The notes below the pieces were generated by a model. The model ran no database searches. It had not been told where the DNA came from and saw only the letters and a program-made list of their open reading frames with translations. The position numbers were made by a program, and so were the translations under genes. From Octopus vulgaris (lineage: Eukaryota), in contig OX597819.1 of NCBI GenBank assembly GCA_951406725.2, positions 85,870,001-85,934,000 of the forward strand: 64,000 nt of DNA, in the 5' to 3' direction. Of the stretch, positions 26,900 through 40,023 are shown piece by piece. Every line of letters starts with the position of its first letter. The first letter of the stretch is position 1.

Positions 26900-28430
26900 T
26901 CTATGTCTTTCGCACATCTCAGCTCCATCTCGCAGCTTAGAGACGCAACACTTTCCTCAACACATGAATTCTGTTAAGTACTACTGCCATCTGAATACTT
27001 CATAAAATGTTTGGTATTTGCTGCTTTTGATGCCAGAATAGTGCACTTTTGGAGATGGGTCCAAGTACACCGATCACAAATAGGTACCACACTCACTTTT
27101 GAAGCTCTCCGGTTTCTTTTCACCACCGATCCTAAAACTTAGTACTTTTCAACTTTCTCTTCTGTCTCATCAATATTTTGGTTTGCAGATACTGATACAT
27201 CAATGCAGGTCCATTCTCTGGAATCCTTCAGTGGAAGAGTGATATCTGGTGGGTTATTATTTTGCAGCTTTTTTGTCAGTATATATTGGCATATTCCATG
27301 TGGATCTCAACTGTTCATTCTCTGCTGCTGTTAAACGTTGGTGTTTATACTATTTGATAGAGCGTTCTAGCTCATACTTCTTGCACAACTCCGAGTATGT
27401 TCGCATAATTTGTTACGGCATAGTTTTTGAATTATTTTTGACTAGTTTTGAACATCCGCTAATTATATGTTTACCTGTCTCAGATGATTTTCCACATAGT
27501 TTACACAAAGATGATGCAGCTGTCTTAATACGTAAATACATAAAGCATGTTCTGAATTAATACATAAAGCTTGTTCTTGAGCAATAAGAACCAGTCTTTT
27601 CTTCTCGATCTTTAAAAACCCACGTCATAACAATATCCAGGACTCTTCATCAGCTTCATCCGCTGCTTGTTGAAAAAGCTCTGTGTAGGGCTTTCTCTTT
27701 TCAGTTGATGATATTTTCTCTATTACTCCTCATATTGTATTCCTTGAAGGCCTCTCAATTGTCATTGATCACTTCCTCATTCACGGCAGATTGTAACATT
27801 CTTTTATCACTATTCCTCAAATAGGCATGCAAGGACTCGATACTCTCCATAACACTATCTTGTATTCCAATCAGTTTTCTCTCTTCCACTTTCCTTCCTA
27901 GGTAAGTATAGCCATGCTACGTCACTCCTTGTATGAAGTCATCCATGCTTAGCCATTACTTTCCTAGTGTTTCTCTCCATGTTGTCAAGTTCTCACAACA
28001 CCTGCATAGTAAATTATCACAACTCTAATCAGATTCCCTCCATTTAGTCTAATCTATGTAACTTTTAAACTCTTCTAGTATATTCAGAAGCAAGTTTCTT
28101 CATCTTGGTATTCAGTATTTAAATTAGTTACAAAACACCAGATACTTGTAACGCTCTTCGTTCATTCTCTTATTCACTCATCATCTGGAAGTTGTCCTCC
28201 ATTGCACCCTTTTCTGAGTTCAACATCATAATGCCATATGGATGTCTTGAGGAAAGATTCGTGCACGCTGAATAAAGAAATGCATTTGACCATTGCTAGC
28301 TCTGTAAAACTTTAAATCATCCATAAATATCAGATGATTGATTGGTCTCATATTTTTCCATATTTCGTAGCAATCTCCCATTTTTTGAGAACGTTGTATC
28401 GTTTTGTACCTTATTCGATCTTTTTGTGTA
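26900..28430 (-). mobile_element. Decayed R4/Dong-type LINE (RT core, CCHC finger, RLE)
   Basis: INHLIFMDDLKFY (RT catalytic motif), LCGKSSETGKHIISGC, WNMPIYTD..PDI and terminal IHVLRKVLRL. Stops and frameshifts throughout. Confidence 0.85.
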
Positions 28431-28474
28431 TACTTACTGATTAATAATGAAAGCATTACCATAATTTTTATTAA

Positions 28475-29350
28475 TGCAGTGAGCTACCATAATCGTTAAT
28501 ATGTCGGACAAAGAGCTTAGCAGTATTTCCTCAGACTCTCTACAGTATAAGGCCAAATTCCACTGAGGCCATCTTTGCATATCGTACTTGAGGGTTCGAT
28601 AACAAAGTTATTGAAATCTATGTAATCGACTTGCACCGTCTCCTCAAAATAGCTGGCCTTCTACGAGAATTAGAATTATCATTATGATTGTTACAGTTGG
28701 GTTGTCAGAATCATAGCACTGAACAAGATACCTTACAGTAATTAATTACAGCTTTTGTATATTTTAATTTCAATTCCAATTGCAGTCAAGTATATGGTAT
28801 CCACGTGGCTTTGATTTCGACATATTCCTTCCCTCAAAATTGTTCGTCCTGAGCATAAACTAGGAACCATTGTCATTATAATGAGTAAGGCAGCGATCTG
28901 GCATAACCGTTAGTACACCGATGAAAATGCTTAGCGGCGTTTTGTCCGTCTTTATGTTCTGAGTTCAAATTCCTCCGCAGCCGACTTCGCCTTTAATCCT
29001 TTCGGGGTCGATAAAATAAGTACCAGTTGAACACTGAGAGCGATGTAATCGACTAACCCCCTTCTCTGAAATAACTGACCTTGTGCCTGTATTGGAAACT
29101 ATTAGCATTATCATGAGTATGACGGCTAGTTGGCAGAATCGTTAGCGCATCGGACAAAATGCTTAGCAGCATTTCTTCCGGCTCTTTAGGTTCTAAGTTA
29201 AAATGCCGCTGAGAGCAACTTTGCCTTTCATCGTTTCCTGGTCGTTAAACGCAAGTGCCCGTTGAGCATTGGAAGATGGGGCGGAGTGAAGGTAAACGAC
29301 ATACTCCCTGCCTTTAAATCTTGTTGGCCTTGTGTCAAGATTAGGAATAA
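28475..29350 (+). mobile_element. Cluster of four co-oriented degenerate family A SINEs
   Basis: Heads near 28475, 28695, 28887 and 29122, separated by short ATT/ATC-rich spacers. Confidence 0.7.
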
Positions 29351-29382
29351 TTATCAATATTATCTCGCTAATCATATTCATG

Positions 29383-29640
29383 TGGAGGCGCGTGGCTTAG
29401 TGGTTAGGGTGTCAGCATCATGATCGTAAGATTGTCGTTTCGATTCCTGGACCGGGTGACGCGTTGTGTTCTTGAGCAAAACACTTCCTTTCACGTTGCT
29501 ACAGTCCACTCAGCTGGCAAAAATGAGTAACGCTGCAATGGACTGACGTTCCGTCCAGCTGGGGAACACATACACCATAGAAACCGGGAAACCGGGCCCA
29601 TGATCCTAGCTAGGTTTTAAAATGGGCGCAATTATTTTTA
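29383..29640 (+). mobile_element. Family C SINE
   Basis: Closely matches 13928-14180. Confidence 0.85.
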
Positions 29641-29977
29641 TTTAATCATATTTATCATCATCATCCTTATAAGAACAATGATTTTGTTTTAATAAATTAA
29701 ATGTTTTAAAGAAAATATTAAGTTCCCACTATTTTACTATCAATGTCTTTAAAATGTTTTACTATATAAAAATTACAATTAAAAGACGAAACAGATAATA
29801 TTTCATGGAATGACATTAAAACTCAAACTTCCAATGACATTAAAACTGAAACTCTGAGCATCTAATTCAATATCTCAATACGCAGCCAAGTGAATAAGTA
29901 ACACGCTTTTCAAAATACTGACTAAAAATAAGATATTTCTGTATACTTCAACAAAGATATTTTTTATTTGCTTTTAG

Positions 29978-30241
29978 CTTTTAATGAATGCTGTGAAAAC
30001 TTCCGTACATGATTCTGACCACAAAAATTGAATTACTGGTATTAATGTGTCAAGACTCCATCTCAAAGCATATGTTTTTGAAACGTTATTTGATTATCTG
30101 AATAGAATTTACTCCGATCTGAATCATTTGACGTATCATACACAATATGAAACAATTATCGAGCAACTAGTACAGAAACATATTCGTATTTATAGATCAG
30201 ATGACCAGATCTTTTTTAGAAAAAAACATTTGTATTTCTAA
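29978..30241 (+). pseudogene. Exon-like segment with an in-frame TGA (30029)
   Basis: Acceptor ttatttgcttttag| is followed by LLMNAVKTSVHDSDHKN*ITGINVSRLHLKAYVFETLFDYLNRIYS. Confidence 0.3.
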
Positions 30242-30297
30242 CAATATTTGTAGTCTGTACACACAAATATAATACATTTTTTAAGTATAGTTAGCAC

Positions 30298-30379
<82 letters not shown>

Positions 30380-30428
30380 TTATTTATCTTTCTATCTGTT
30401 TGTCTGTATGTCTGTCTGTCTGTATATG

Positions 30429-30462
<34 letters not shown>

Positions 30463-30487
30463 ATTTATCTATCTATCTATTTATCTA

Positions 30488-30516
<29 letters not shown>
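30298..30516. repeat. (TATC)n/(TGTC)n microsatellite
   Basis: Direct observation. Confidence 0.95.
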
Positions 30517-30518
<2 letters not shown>

Positions 30519-31127
30519 AATCGCTCTTACATTATTCATGCATCGATTTATGAAACATACGAAGATACGTATTTGGTGATTTAAACAGTTTTTATATATT
30601 GATATTACGTTTACGCATATTAAATCTTATCAAAATTTATAGTTTTAGTTTAATGCTTCGCTCACTTGAATAAATTACCTGCCAAATGGGATATTTTTGC
30701 ATATCCTGCAGCTACTACACTCAACCTGGCTTCAGTGTTATCTCCATGCAGACAAATTGCACTCATTCATCCCTCATTTTCATATTGCTAAAGTTGTTCT
30801 CCTTCCCAAAGGACATGCCTAACCTCTCATCCCCTAGAAGGACATAATACTGAGATACCATTTAAGGTCAAAATTTTGATGTTTGTAAAACTGGAAAACA
30901 TCAAGGTATAACACATGTGTAGACCATTACACCAGATCAATTTATTTTGAAATAAAATAGTATAAAATAGCAGAGATGCTTAATTCATTATTTCGCTTAT
31001 ACTTGATTATAACAATACTCTATCTTCCTTTATATCTTCTCTTGTTTACCCAATCACTGCTGTTGTTCTCTAGAACAAAAGATTTGTCTCACTCTTTCTT
31101 TCTTTCTCTCTTTCTCTTTCTCTCTCT

Positions 31128-31167
<40 letters not shown>

Positions 31168-31936
31168 ACTATATATATATATATTAAACAATACTGTGAT
31201 AATCTTTTAATGTTAAATTTATATTTACAATGTTTCGCCGCTCGCTTTGCAAACAAATATATATGTATGTGTATGACGGAAACTTTAGCAAGAAGACGTT
31301 ATTTTCTTTGCTTCTTACAGTACATTTTCCTATGATCCTTCTTATTGAATAACTGCTGCTGATGAAGATATCTAGTTTTCATTTTTTCTGTATCGTAATA
31401 TACATTTAATTCGATTCAAATTAAAAACGATAACAGATGCATACGTAGTAACGCGTATACTTCTAATGAGTATTCAGCTATGTTCTAACACTTCAATTTG
31501 CTAATTGTGTCAGAATTCAGACAACAGTTCCATTTCGAAATATTTCCAGCTGTGATAATCGCAATGTCTTTTTCCCGGACACATTAATCAGTTAGCACTT
31601 CAATTTTTAAGAGAATGGTGTGCAATTGGAGGAAAATGTTTCCTATAGGTTTAGCAGATGTCAGGCAAAAAAAAACATTCAATACAGAAATGAAAGATAT
31701 TTTTTAGTATAATCCCTCGCCATGTTCACCATTCCAATGACCAAATGATGGAAGAATGACAATCTGGAATTTCTAGAATTAATGTATGATTTATCGTTAC
31801 ATAGAATGTAAAGTAACAGAATATAATAATAAAATGAAACCATACGAAACTTCATACATTTTATTGTGTAGACAAAACTGAGAAGCAATATGAAGTATTA
31901 TTATAGTGAAATCTATAAAAGACCTTTTATATTCAG

Positions 31937-32009
31937 CATCCGAATCTGCCTTGAATCCCACCGTATCATTGTTGAAGCATTATATATCGAGAAACTCGGT
32001 GAACTGCTG
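31937..32009 (+). CDS. Candidate short exon
   Basis: ccttttatattcag|CAT...CTG|gtaagt. Two frames are open (IRICLESHRIIVEALYIEKLGELL or SESALNPTVSLLKHYISRNSVNC). Confidence 0.3.
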
Positions 32010-33804
32010 GTAAGTGCTGCATTTCGTAATGAAATCCAAAACTGCCGTGAAACGAGATTTTAACCGCATCAGTGTGTTAGTTGGCATGATAAAATTTCTA
32101 TCTCTCAATCAATTACTCTATTTACTTGTTCATTACATTCATTCCCGGGGTCTCTAAATTAAGAGAAATATCTTTCTTACGCCCACGCACACAAATACAC
32201 ACATATACGCACATTAATCACGTTCTCTCTATCTTTATTTCCTTATTGTATCCAGTGTAATGCACGGGTATATGATGTAAATGCGTTTGCATATATATAT
32301 AATGCATGCATGCAAGTATAGTTTCTCGCACGAATTAGAGTTTATTTTCGCCAGCCACTTGCATGGTGACATGTTGGCGAAGAAAAGATTTTTTAATAAA
32401 ACGTAAATGGTCTTTCCTCCGCCGATATTCGCACAACCATTGACCTTTTAGATTTTAAGATTTTGGCAATTTACATTGTTTCAGATATCGTTATAACCAG
32501 TAGTGTATGAATTATTGAAATACATTCTTCCTCCATCAACTGATTTTTAACTAAATTTTGATCCAGTTGGACTGTCACATAGATGTCGCACCAAAAGGGA
32601 CGGGTGTAAAGTTGAAAGTTTGTTTGAGACCAACCTTATCAAATGTTAGATTTTATCTATACATATTTTACTACATCGATACTAAATAAGCAACTGACAT
32701 CCGCATCAAAGCATACTTATATTTTGCAGCCCCATTCATCTATGTCAGGTCGACTGCATTTTAATTTGGTTGATGTTATATTCTTCAATTTCGCCAGTAC
32801 TCTTTTGATCCATCATACTTTATATGTTCATCTTTATTATTTTTCACACGTTATCTCAGATTGCTCTGGTTACTGCCTTAGGCCTCCTCGGAATGTACTA
32901 TCAAGGGAATATTAGTCTACAACTGGATGTGATGTGGATAATATCTACGGCTCTGGTTTTGTGTAGCTTATATTTTTTGTCAACTGATTCATTTTCTATA
33001 TTGTGTAAAAGGCACTTAAATGTCTAGGATACTGTTTTATGTTTCCTGGCTTGCTCTATTCAAGTAATTTACTACTAGTCCATTTATTATATCGTATTCT
33101 AGTTGGGAAAGAAACTTTCTTATATTTCTTTTGAACGGACTATCTTTCAGAGGTCACTGATTTTTGCTTGTTACATGTCATCCCAAATCAGTTGTAGAGA
33201 GCCAAAGAACTTTTGACTTTTATCTGTTCATTCCTCCAAGTGAATTTTCATTGACCACAGAAACATTCGTTAGTTGTAGAATACTTCACGCTTTAGCGAT
33301 ATTGCTATTTTGACTTAATGTTCGGTAAAGTATACTGTCTTGAAGTCTGTTTTCTTTTGTATTTGTTTATCAAGACATGTTTCAGTTAGTGCACAGAGTA
33401 AAGCATTTACACTTAGTGCATACGGCTTACATACCTGTTTCCTGGGGACGTAATTCCTCTCTGTACAAAGGCTACTCTTCTGATCCGAGGAAGGAAGCGT
33501 ATAGTTTCAGCAATGATGATTCCACCTATTTACTGATTACTTATATTCAGTATTGAATAGACGAATTTTAGTTGCGATTAAATACAATGTTCTCCGTACT
33601 TTGATATATCTTTAATTTTGAATTGTATTCATTCTATTATTATATTAGAATATAGTTGCTGTACAGCATGGGAAGATTGTTCATGAAGAGCTCTTTGCTT
33701 TTTTATGCTAGAATATATGTAATACTTAGATACTTATGTAGGAATATCGTAAGTAAACTCATATGCAATTGGTAATATATACTTATATATCCATGCATCT
33801 AAGT

Positions 33805-33836
33805 AAATATATATATATATATATAAATATGTATTT

Positions 33837-33906
<70 letters not shown>

Positions 33907-34135
33907 GTATGTATATATATATATGTGCATATATATATATATATACATACATATATACATATATATATATATACATATATACATATATTCATACATATAT
34001 ATATATGTAGAATATATACATATATACGTATACACACATGTATATGTGGGGGGGGGGGGCGTGTGCGCGTGCTTGTAAGTATGTATATACAGATATGTAT
34101 GCATATATATATATATATATATATACATATGTCTA
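33805..34135. repeat. Degenerate (TA)n/(TG)n microsatellite block
   Basis: Direct observation. Confidence 0.9.
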
Positions 34136-34459
34136 CATTGTAAATTTTTAATGGTTGATTTTGATAGGCAGAGCTGTCTCTTTCTTCCTGACAAATGTAA
34201 TTTGCTGACGCAGATGCATTACGTATAATTCTAAGAATTTGCAATTTAGTAGTTGCTCATTATCTCCATGTAACCGATCCATAAATATTCATATTTTTTA
34301 TATTGAATTAAAACACGATATAGTAAAATGAAAGAAAACTAAACTCGAAATGTGAACACGACTGGAATTTATCATATTATTTCCGCGCCCTCTAATTTTT
34401 GACTCCAGTTTCAACCGACCTTCTACATTTGAAATCTTCATGGCATTTGGCTATGTAGC

Positions 34460-34665
34460 AGCGGTGAACTGGCAGAATCGTTTCGCACACTGGCCAAAAT
34501 GCCACGCGGCCATTTCTTCGGGTTTTACGTTCAACGTTCAAATTCCGTCGCCATTAACTCTACTTTTCATCCCTTACTGTACTGTAAAATAAAGTACCAA
34601 TCGAGAATAAGGATCAACGTAATCGATTAGCCCCTACCACCAACATTTTAGGACATGTGCTTATT
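34460..34665 (+). mobile_element. Degenerate family A SINE
   Basis: GCGGTGAACTGGCAGAATCG..GTTCAAATTCCGTCG. Confidence 0.65.
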
Positions 34666-34828
34666 TAACTATTTAAATTAAGCGATTGAATACAGCCGCC
34701 GAATTCTCTACAGAGACCTTCTTTACATTTGTCCGAAAAAGAATATTCATTTTAAGCCATGCTTATATTTCTGGAAAAAAAGAAATGTTATTCGTTTTGC
34801 AAAAGGATGAATATACCGATGTCACTAA

Positions 34829-34975
34829 CGTCTCACCGTATATCGATATATCGACGCAGGAATGGCTGCGTTAACTAACATGCGTCGCAATGACGTGGAT
34901 TCCATTCAATTCCACTGCGCTACACATTACGTACGTGACTTCTACAATAGCCCTGGATCGATTAATAAATTTTGA
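34829..34975 (+). pseudogene. Exon-like segment, possible paralog of 22061 and 29978
   Basis: RLTVYRYIDAGMAALTNMRRNDVDSIQFHCATHYVRDFYNSPGSINKF*, bounded by stops. Confidence 0.25.
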
Positions 34976-35074
34976 GGAATTTAGAAGACGCAAAGTGTGT
35001 GCAATTTCTTGGTATGTTTGTATGTATGCATACATACACACACACACATATATATTTCTGTGCGTGTGTATACA

Positions 35075-35260
35075 TGATAGATCGCTAGCCACTAAACCTT
35101 TTTCTATTTTCTCTCCCTGTTTATTTCTGTGTTTCTTTCTGTTGAAGAGCGTAGGCTCGAAACGTAAAAGACTTTCTCACTTCCCAAGCGTTAAACTGAT
35201 ACATCTGTTTATTGTTTACACACCCATCTTCATTTTTTTTTTGTAAATTCTCACTATATC
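35075..35260 (+). mobile_element. Third copy of the short hammerhead-bearing element
   Basis: tcttt-CTGTTGA-a-gagc gtag gctc-GAAA-cg-TA-aaaga at 35134-35171. Colinear with 19320-19512. Confidence 0.7.
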
Positions 35261-35479
35261 TATGTATAGATATGTATGTATATGTTGGCGTTTGTGCATA
35301 CGTTCCTACTGCATTGCAACCGGTATTGGTTTGTTTTCGTGCTCCTATCTTAAGGGTTTGTCGAAAAAAGATAATAGAACAAGTAGCAGGCTTAAAATGA
35401 GTACTAGGAATACATTGTTCCAGCATAGCACCAGAAATATTTATGGTATTAACCATAAAATGATGTGGGGTGATTATAA

Positions 35480-35704
35480 ACAAGAAAAAAGCAACAAGAA
35501 TGGATTAGTTGTTCAGTACAACTGTTTCATACGAAGAACAGATTTATTTAAAGCTGCAAATATTGCAGCAAAACACATATGAGTTTTGGCTGATGAATAC
35601 GGGACACTTATATTTGCTGCAATATTTGCAGCTTTAAATGAATCTGCTCTTCGTATGAAACAATTGTACTGAACAACTAATCCATTCTTGTTGCTTTTTT
35701 CTTG

Positions 35705-35705
<1 letters not shown>
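35480..35705. repeat. ~93-bp fold-back with CTGATGA in the loop
   Basis: Arms 35480-35572 and 35613-35705. The loop has CTGATGA at 35590-35596. Abuts (TA)n. Confidence 0.85.
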
Positions 35706-35788
<83 letters not shown>

Positions 35789-36048
35789 TGTATGTATGTG
35801 AATGTGTGTGTATGTACATGCGTGTGTGTGTGTATATGTGTCTCTGTACGTGTGAATGTGTCTGTGAAGGGAAGTGCGTTTCCTTAGAATTGTGTATTTA
35901 AATAAGCCAAATATTTGTATGTATGTTATTGTTGTAAATTCGATAAGATGCGCTGAACGTCTAAGTCCTATAAAAGAACTCGGGAGCTTGGGCCACCAGT
36001 CAGGACTTTCCCGATGCTTTTAAAGTCAGGAACGTTTCAGCACCACAT

Positions 36049-36137
<89 letters not shown>

Positions 36138-36139
36138 TT

Positions 36140-36477
36140 TCTTTTATTCTTTTATTTCTTTCAGTCATTTGACTGCGGCCATGCTACAACGCCGCCTTTT
36201 AGTCGAACAAATCGACACCAGGAGTTATCCTTTGCGATGGTGGTGGTGGTGGTGGGGGACAAACACAGACTAACAAACACTCACACTCGCATACATAACA
36301 CACACATACATACGACGGGCTTCTTTCAGTTTCCGTCTACCAAATCCATTCTCAAGGCTTTGGTCAGCCTGAGGCTATAGTAGAAGACACTTGCCCAAGG
36401 TGCTAGGCAGTGGATGGGACTGAACCCGGAATCATGTGGTTGGTAAGCAAGTTGCTTAGCACACAGCCACTCCTGTG

Positions 36478-36481
<4 letters not shown>
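36140..36481 (-). mobile_element. Family B SINE
   Basis: Reverse complement of the family B head, core and tail. Confidence 0.85.
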
Positions 36482-36517
<36 letters not shown>

Positions 36518-36984
36518 CATCGTATATCTTGTAAGTGTGAGAATACTATGAGGAGCTAAAATCATTAAAATCACAATATATAAACCAATAAGCGACTAAT
36601 TGTATTATATGAGAGTTGTTTACATTTTAACGAAAATTGAATAAAACAGTATTTTCTGAAAATAAATGATTTGCAGAAAGTGAAAGTATATGAAATAAAA
36701 AAACTGGAAAATATTTACAGAAGCATTCTAAAATAAATTACATCAAGTTACAATAAAAATTCAAAGGTTGGGATAAATCACCTTCCCAAAATATTCACAC
36801 CGAACGCCGAAACTGTTGTGAAAACTGAACTGTGTGAAAACCGGACGTGTAACGTTAGCAACATGAAATAAAAAAAAAATTATGTTTAATTTGAACAAAT
36901 GAATAACCAAGGATAATTTTAGATATTAAAAATTAGAACAGCTTCAAATACTTTGCAAAGTTGTCTGTTCAAAATAATATAAAT

Positions 36985-37197
36985 ACAAGAGCACTCAGAG
37001 AGTGCAAACTTCCGCCAAAACAACATCAATCTCCTCTCAACGATTAGCCGGAGATGATTTTTAAAATGAGAATATCTGAAATATACTCGACTGCTCTCAC
37101 AAACGAAAATACTAAAAAGGAATCCGGCCGCTCTAAAAATTGAGTAAAAACCGGAAAAATAATCCAGAATCCTTATCCGGTACCTGATCGATCCCGA
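36985..37197. mobile_element. Helentron/HINE-like non-autonomous element end
   Basis: ACAAGAGCACTCAGAGAGTGCAAACTTCCGCCAA terminus with a short subterminal hairpin (gcactc aga gagtgc). Assignment is by recollection of similar termini. Confidence 0.45.
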
Positions 37198-37714
37198 TGT
37201 TAGTAATGGAATGGTGGGTGTGCGGACCGTGTTTGTAATGGCGGGTGTGGGGGCCGTGTTTGTAATGCGTGTGCGTGTGTCATCAGCAGTGGGAACAGAG
37301 ACAGTCTTCTTTATGAAGGCCTTTTTTACTCTATCCACCGATATAGGATCTTTACGACCATTAAGGTCTATAGTGAAAGATTTATTCGTGCATGAAAGAA
37401 AACGGAAAGGACCTGCATACGGTACTGTTAACGGAGATTTAACAACATGGTTACATTCAAAAACGTGAGTTAAGGACGTAAAGCTTCCTTCAAGGCAGAG
37501 CTAGAAATGCAGTTGTCAAGTAGTTAAAGTATATTAATCTTCGGTTTCATTACAATCATTACATATGTTTCATTTTAACTTTAAACCAGGCAAGGTCAGT
37601 TTAACTTTTCATCCTTTATATGTTAATAAAATGAATACAGGTGCCGCCGCTGTAGCAGAAATTACCCTAAATAGTGGCGTTCCAACATGGTCATGAATTA
37701 ATAACGGAATATAC

Positions 37715-37900
37715 ACCGGCCAAAATGCTTAGCGACATTTCTTCCGTCTTTACGTCATGAGTTGAAATTCTACGGAGGCTGATTTTGCTTTCTTACTTTC
37801 GGTGTCGATAAAATTAGTACCAGTTTGAACACTGTGATCGATATAGTCCACTTAACTCCTCTCACAAAATTGCTGGCCTTTTGCCAAAATGTGAAACTAA
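37715..37900 (+). mobile_element. Degenerate family A SINE
   Basis: AAAATGCTTAGCG..GAGTTGAAATTC..GTCGATAAAATTAGTACCAG. Confidence 0.65.
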
Positions 37901-38667
37901 TATAGATGTACAATTCTTGTCGTATTTAAACTCAAACAAAACCACAGTGGATTTTGAAAAATACATCAATGTAATTTCAGATATAGAACAGCAGTTTACT
38001 TATGTTAGAACAATGACCAATGATGCTAAATATTATAATAGAAATCTAAGGAAAACTTAAGATATTTATAATTTAGACACATAATGATGCGTTCAGAGGA
38101 TTCACAAAAGTAAAGCAAACATTCTCAAGGGTTACTGAGCTGTACCCATAAGGATAGATAAATAGTTGGTTTAAAGTAAATATTATAAAAAAAAATTATG
38201 TGAGAAGTATTAGTAGAAATATATTGGAAAAACAGTAAAATAGAGAAAGAAAAAAAATCATAATACCACCCCAGTAGTAGAATATAAAAAGCTATTACGT
38301 AAAAATATTTTAAAATTCTATTAAAAACATTAGAGCAAGAGTTCTGTATGCTTACCTTCTATTTGAGTAAACTAGTTGCAAGGCAACTTATAAAGTAAAT
38401 ATTTGAAAATGTGCGTATGTGTCTATACAGGCGTTGGACAAAATAATGGTAAAACCGAGCAACATAGCATCGTAATTTTGAGATATCTATAAAACTGTCA
38501 AAAGCTTGTTTATTTTTATGTTTTATGATAAGTATTGAGCAATATACAGATCTGTATTTAAGAGATGAGGAATTATGCACATTATTTACATTTGACGGAT
38601 ATTTGTCCACATCTTGTTTCGAAATTTAGAACCTGGATTCTCATTCCTAAGGTATTTTTCGATGTTG

Positions 38668-38732
<65 letters not shown>

Positions 38733-38734
<2 letters not shown>

Positions 38735-38808
38735 CGTCACTGCCTGGAATCGAACTTGGAATATTCGGCTTAGTAGCCCGCGCTCTTGATCACTACGCCA
38801 TATAGCCG
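38733..38808 (-). other. tRNA-like Pol III module followed by (AAT)n
   Basis: Minus-strand TGGCGTAGTGA (A box) ... AGTTCGATTCC (B box). The cloverleaf is imperfect. It lies directly 3' of the Penelope ORF end. Confidence 0.6.
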
Positions 38809-38829
38809 TGGACAATTATGAAATTTGGC

Positions 38830-40020
38830 GCTTATAAATCTAATATTTTTCTATACTACCTTAATACCGGTTCCCATATGCTACTCACGTCTGCACTCGG
38901 TCTGCTTAGGAGGTTGTTGTGTCCTAGAATATGTACTGCTTCTTTTAATTTTCGTATTTTCCAGTGGTGTTCTTTGTCTATTATTTTAACTTCATCCTAC
39001 AGGGGGAGGTGATCTCCATTTTCCCTATACATGATCAACTATACCCGATGTATCAATATCTCCTCGTGTCACAACTTTGCGATGTTCGTCTACCCTTATA
39101 TTGAAGGGGCGGCATGTTTCACCTTTGTATAAATTACCATACCTGCATGGGATGGAGTACACGCAGTTTTGGGTCATATTATCTTCTATTGGTGGTTTTA
39201 CTCGAAGGGGATATTTATTAAGTGCTGTATTACTCTTGAATACTGTCCTGATTTCATATGGGCTGCATATCTTTTCTGTATTTTCTGAGAGGCCTTTCAC
39301 ATGGGATAAAGAGACTGTAGACAGTTTATTGGTTTCATCCGCTCTTTTCTTCATAATTGGAATAGATAGTATGTTTTGGGATAATTGTTGCTTAATAGAT
39401 TGTTACTGAGTTTGGTCATTTCCTCGTGGTGTGTATCACGATCGCTACTTATATACTTTACTCGATGTTTTAGGCACTGGGCAATTCCTCTCTTTACACT
39501 GTATGGATGGTTGGAGTTGAAGTTAAGTTATCGTCCAGTGAAGGTCGGCTTGCGGTATAGGGATATCCTGAATCCATACTTGGTGCGTGTTATTAATACA
39601 TCCAGGAATGCTAGCTGATTGTCTTTTTTCCTTTTCCATTGTGAAGTCTATGGATGGCTTTATTGAGTTCTCATGCACTTGGACATCTTCCTGGTGGGAT
39701 CAGTGAATAAAGGTGTCATCAACATATCGCAGCTATAGGGTTGGTTTTAGTGGTGTTGATCCTAAAGCCAAATTCTCCTCAATATATTCCATGTATATAT
39801 TGGCTATTATCGGTGATAATGGCGAACCCATAGCTAAACTCTCTTCTTGTTATATATCAGTGTCCGTACTGAAATAGGTAGGTTCTACACAGAAGGTCAA
39901 CATTTCTATCAAGTTTCTTATTGGTATACTAGTGCGTTCTTTTAGATGGGTGTCTGTCACTAGTTTTTCTTGAATCACCGATAGAGCTTCCCCAGTTGGG
40001 ACTTTGGTGAACAGACTTGG
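38830..40020 (-). mobile_element. Decayed Penelope-like element (RT + GIY-YIG)
   Basis: LFTKVP; LAMGSPLSPIIANIYME; LRYVDDTF; AFLDVL; YRKPT; CVYSIPCRYGNLYKGET..RVDEH; RKLKEAVHI. Confidence 0.92.
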
Positions 40021-40023
40021 ATT

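Noticed and set aside
37211-37270. Cys/Gly-rich peptide NGGCADRVCNGGCGGRVC
   Set aside because: It arises from a 27-bp tandem duplication, the frame soon hits stops, and no acceptor was found.
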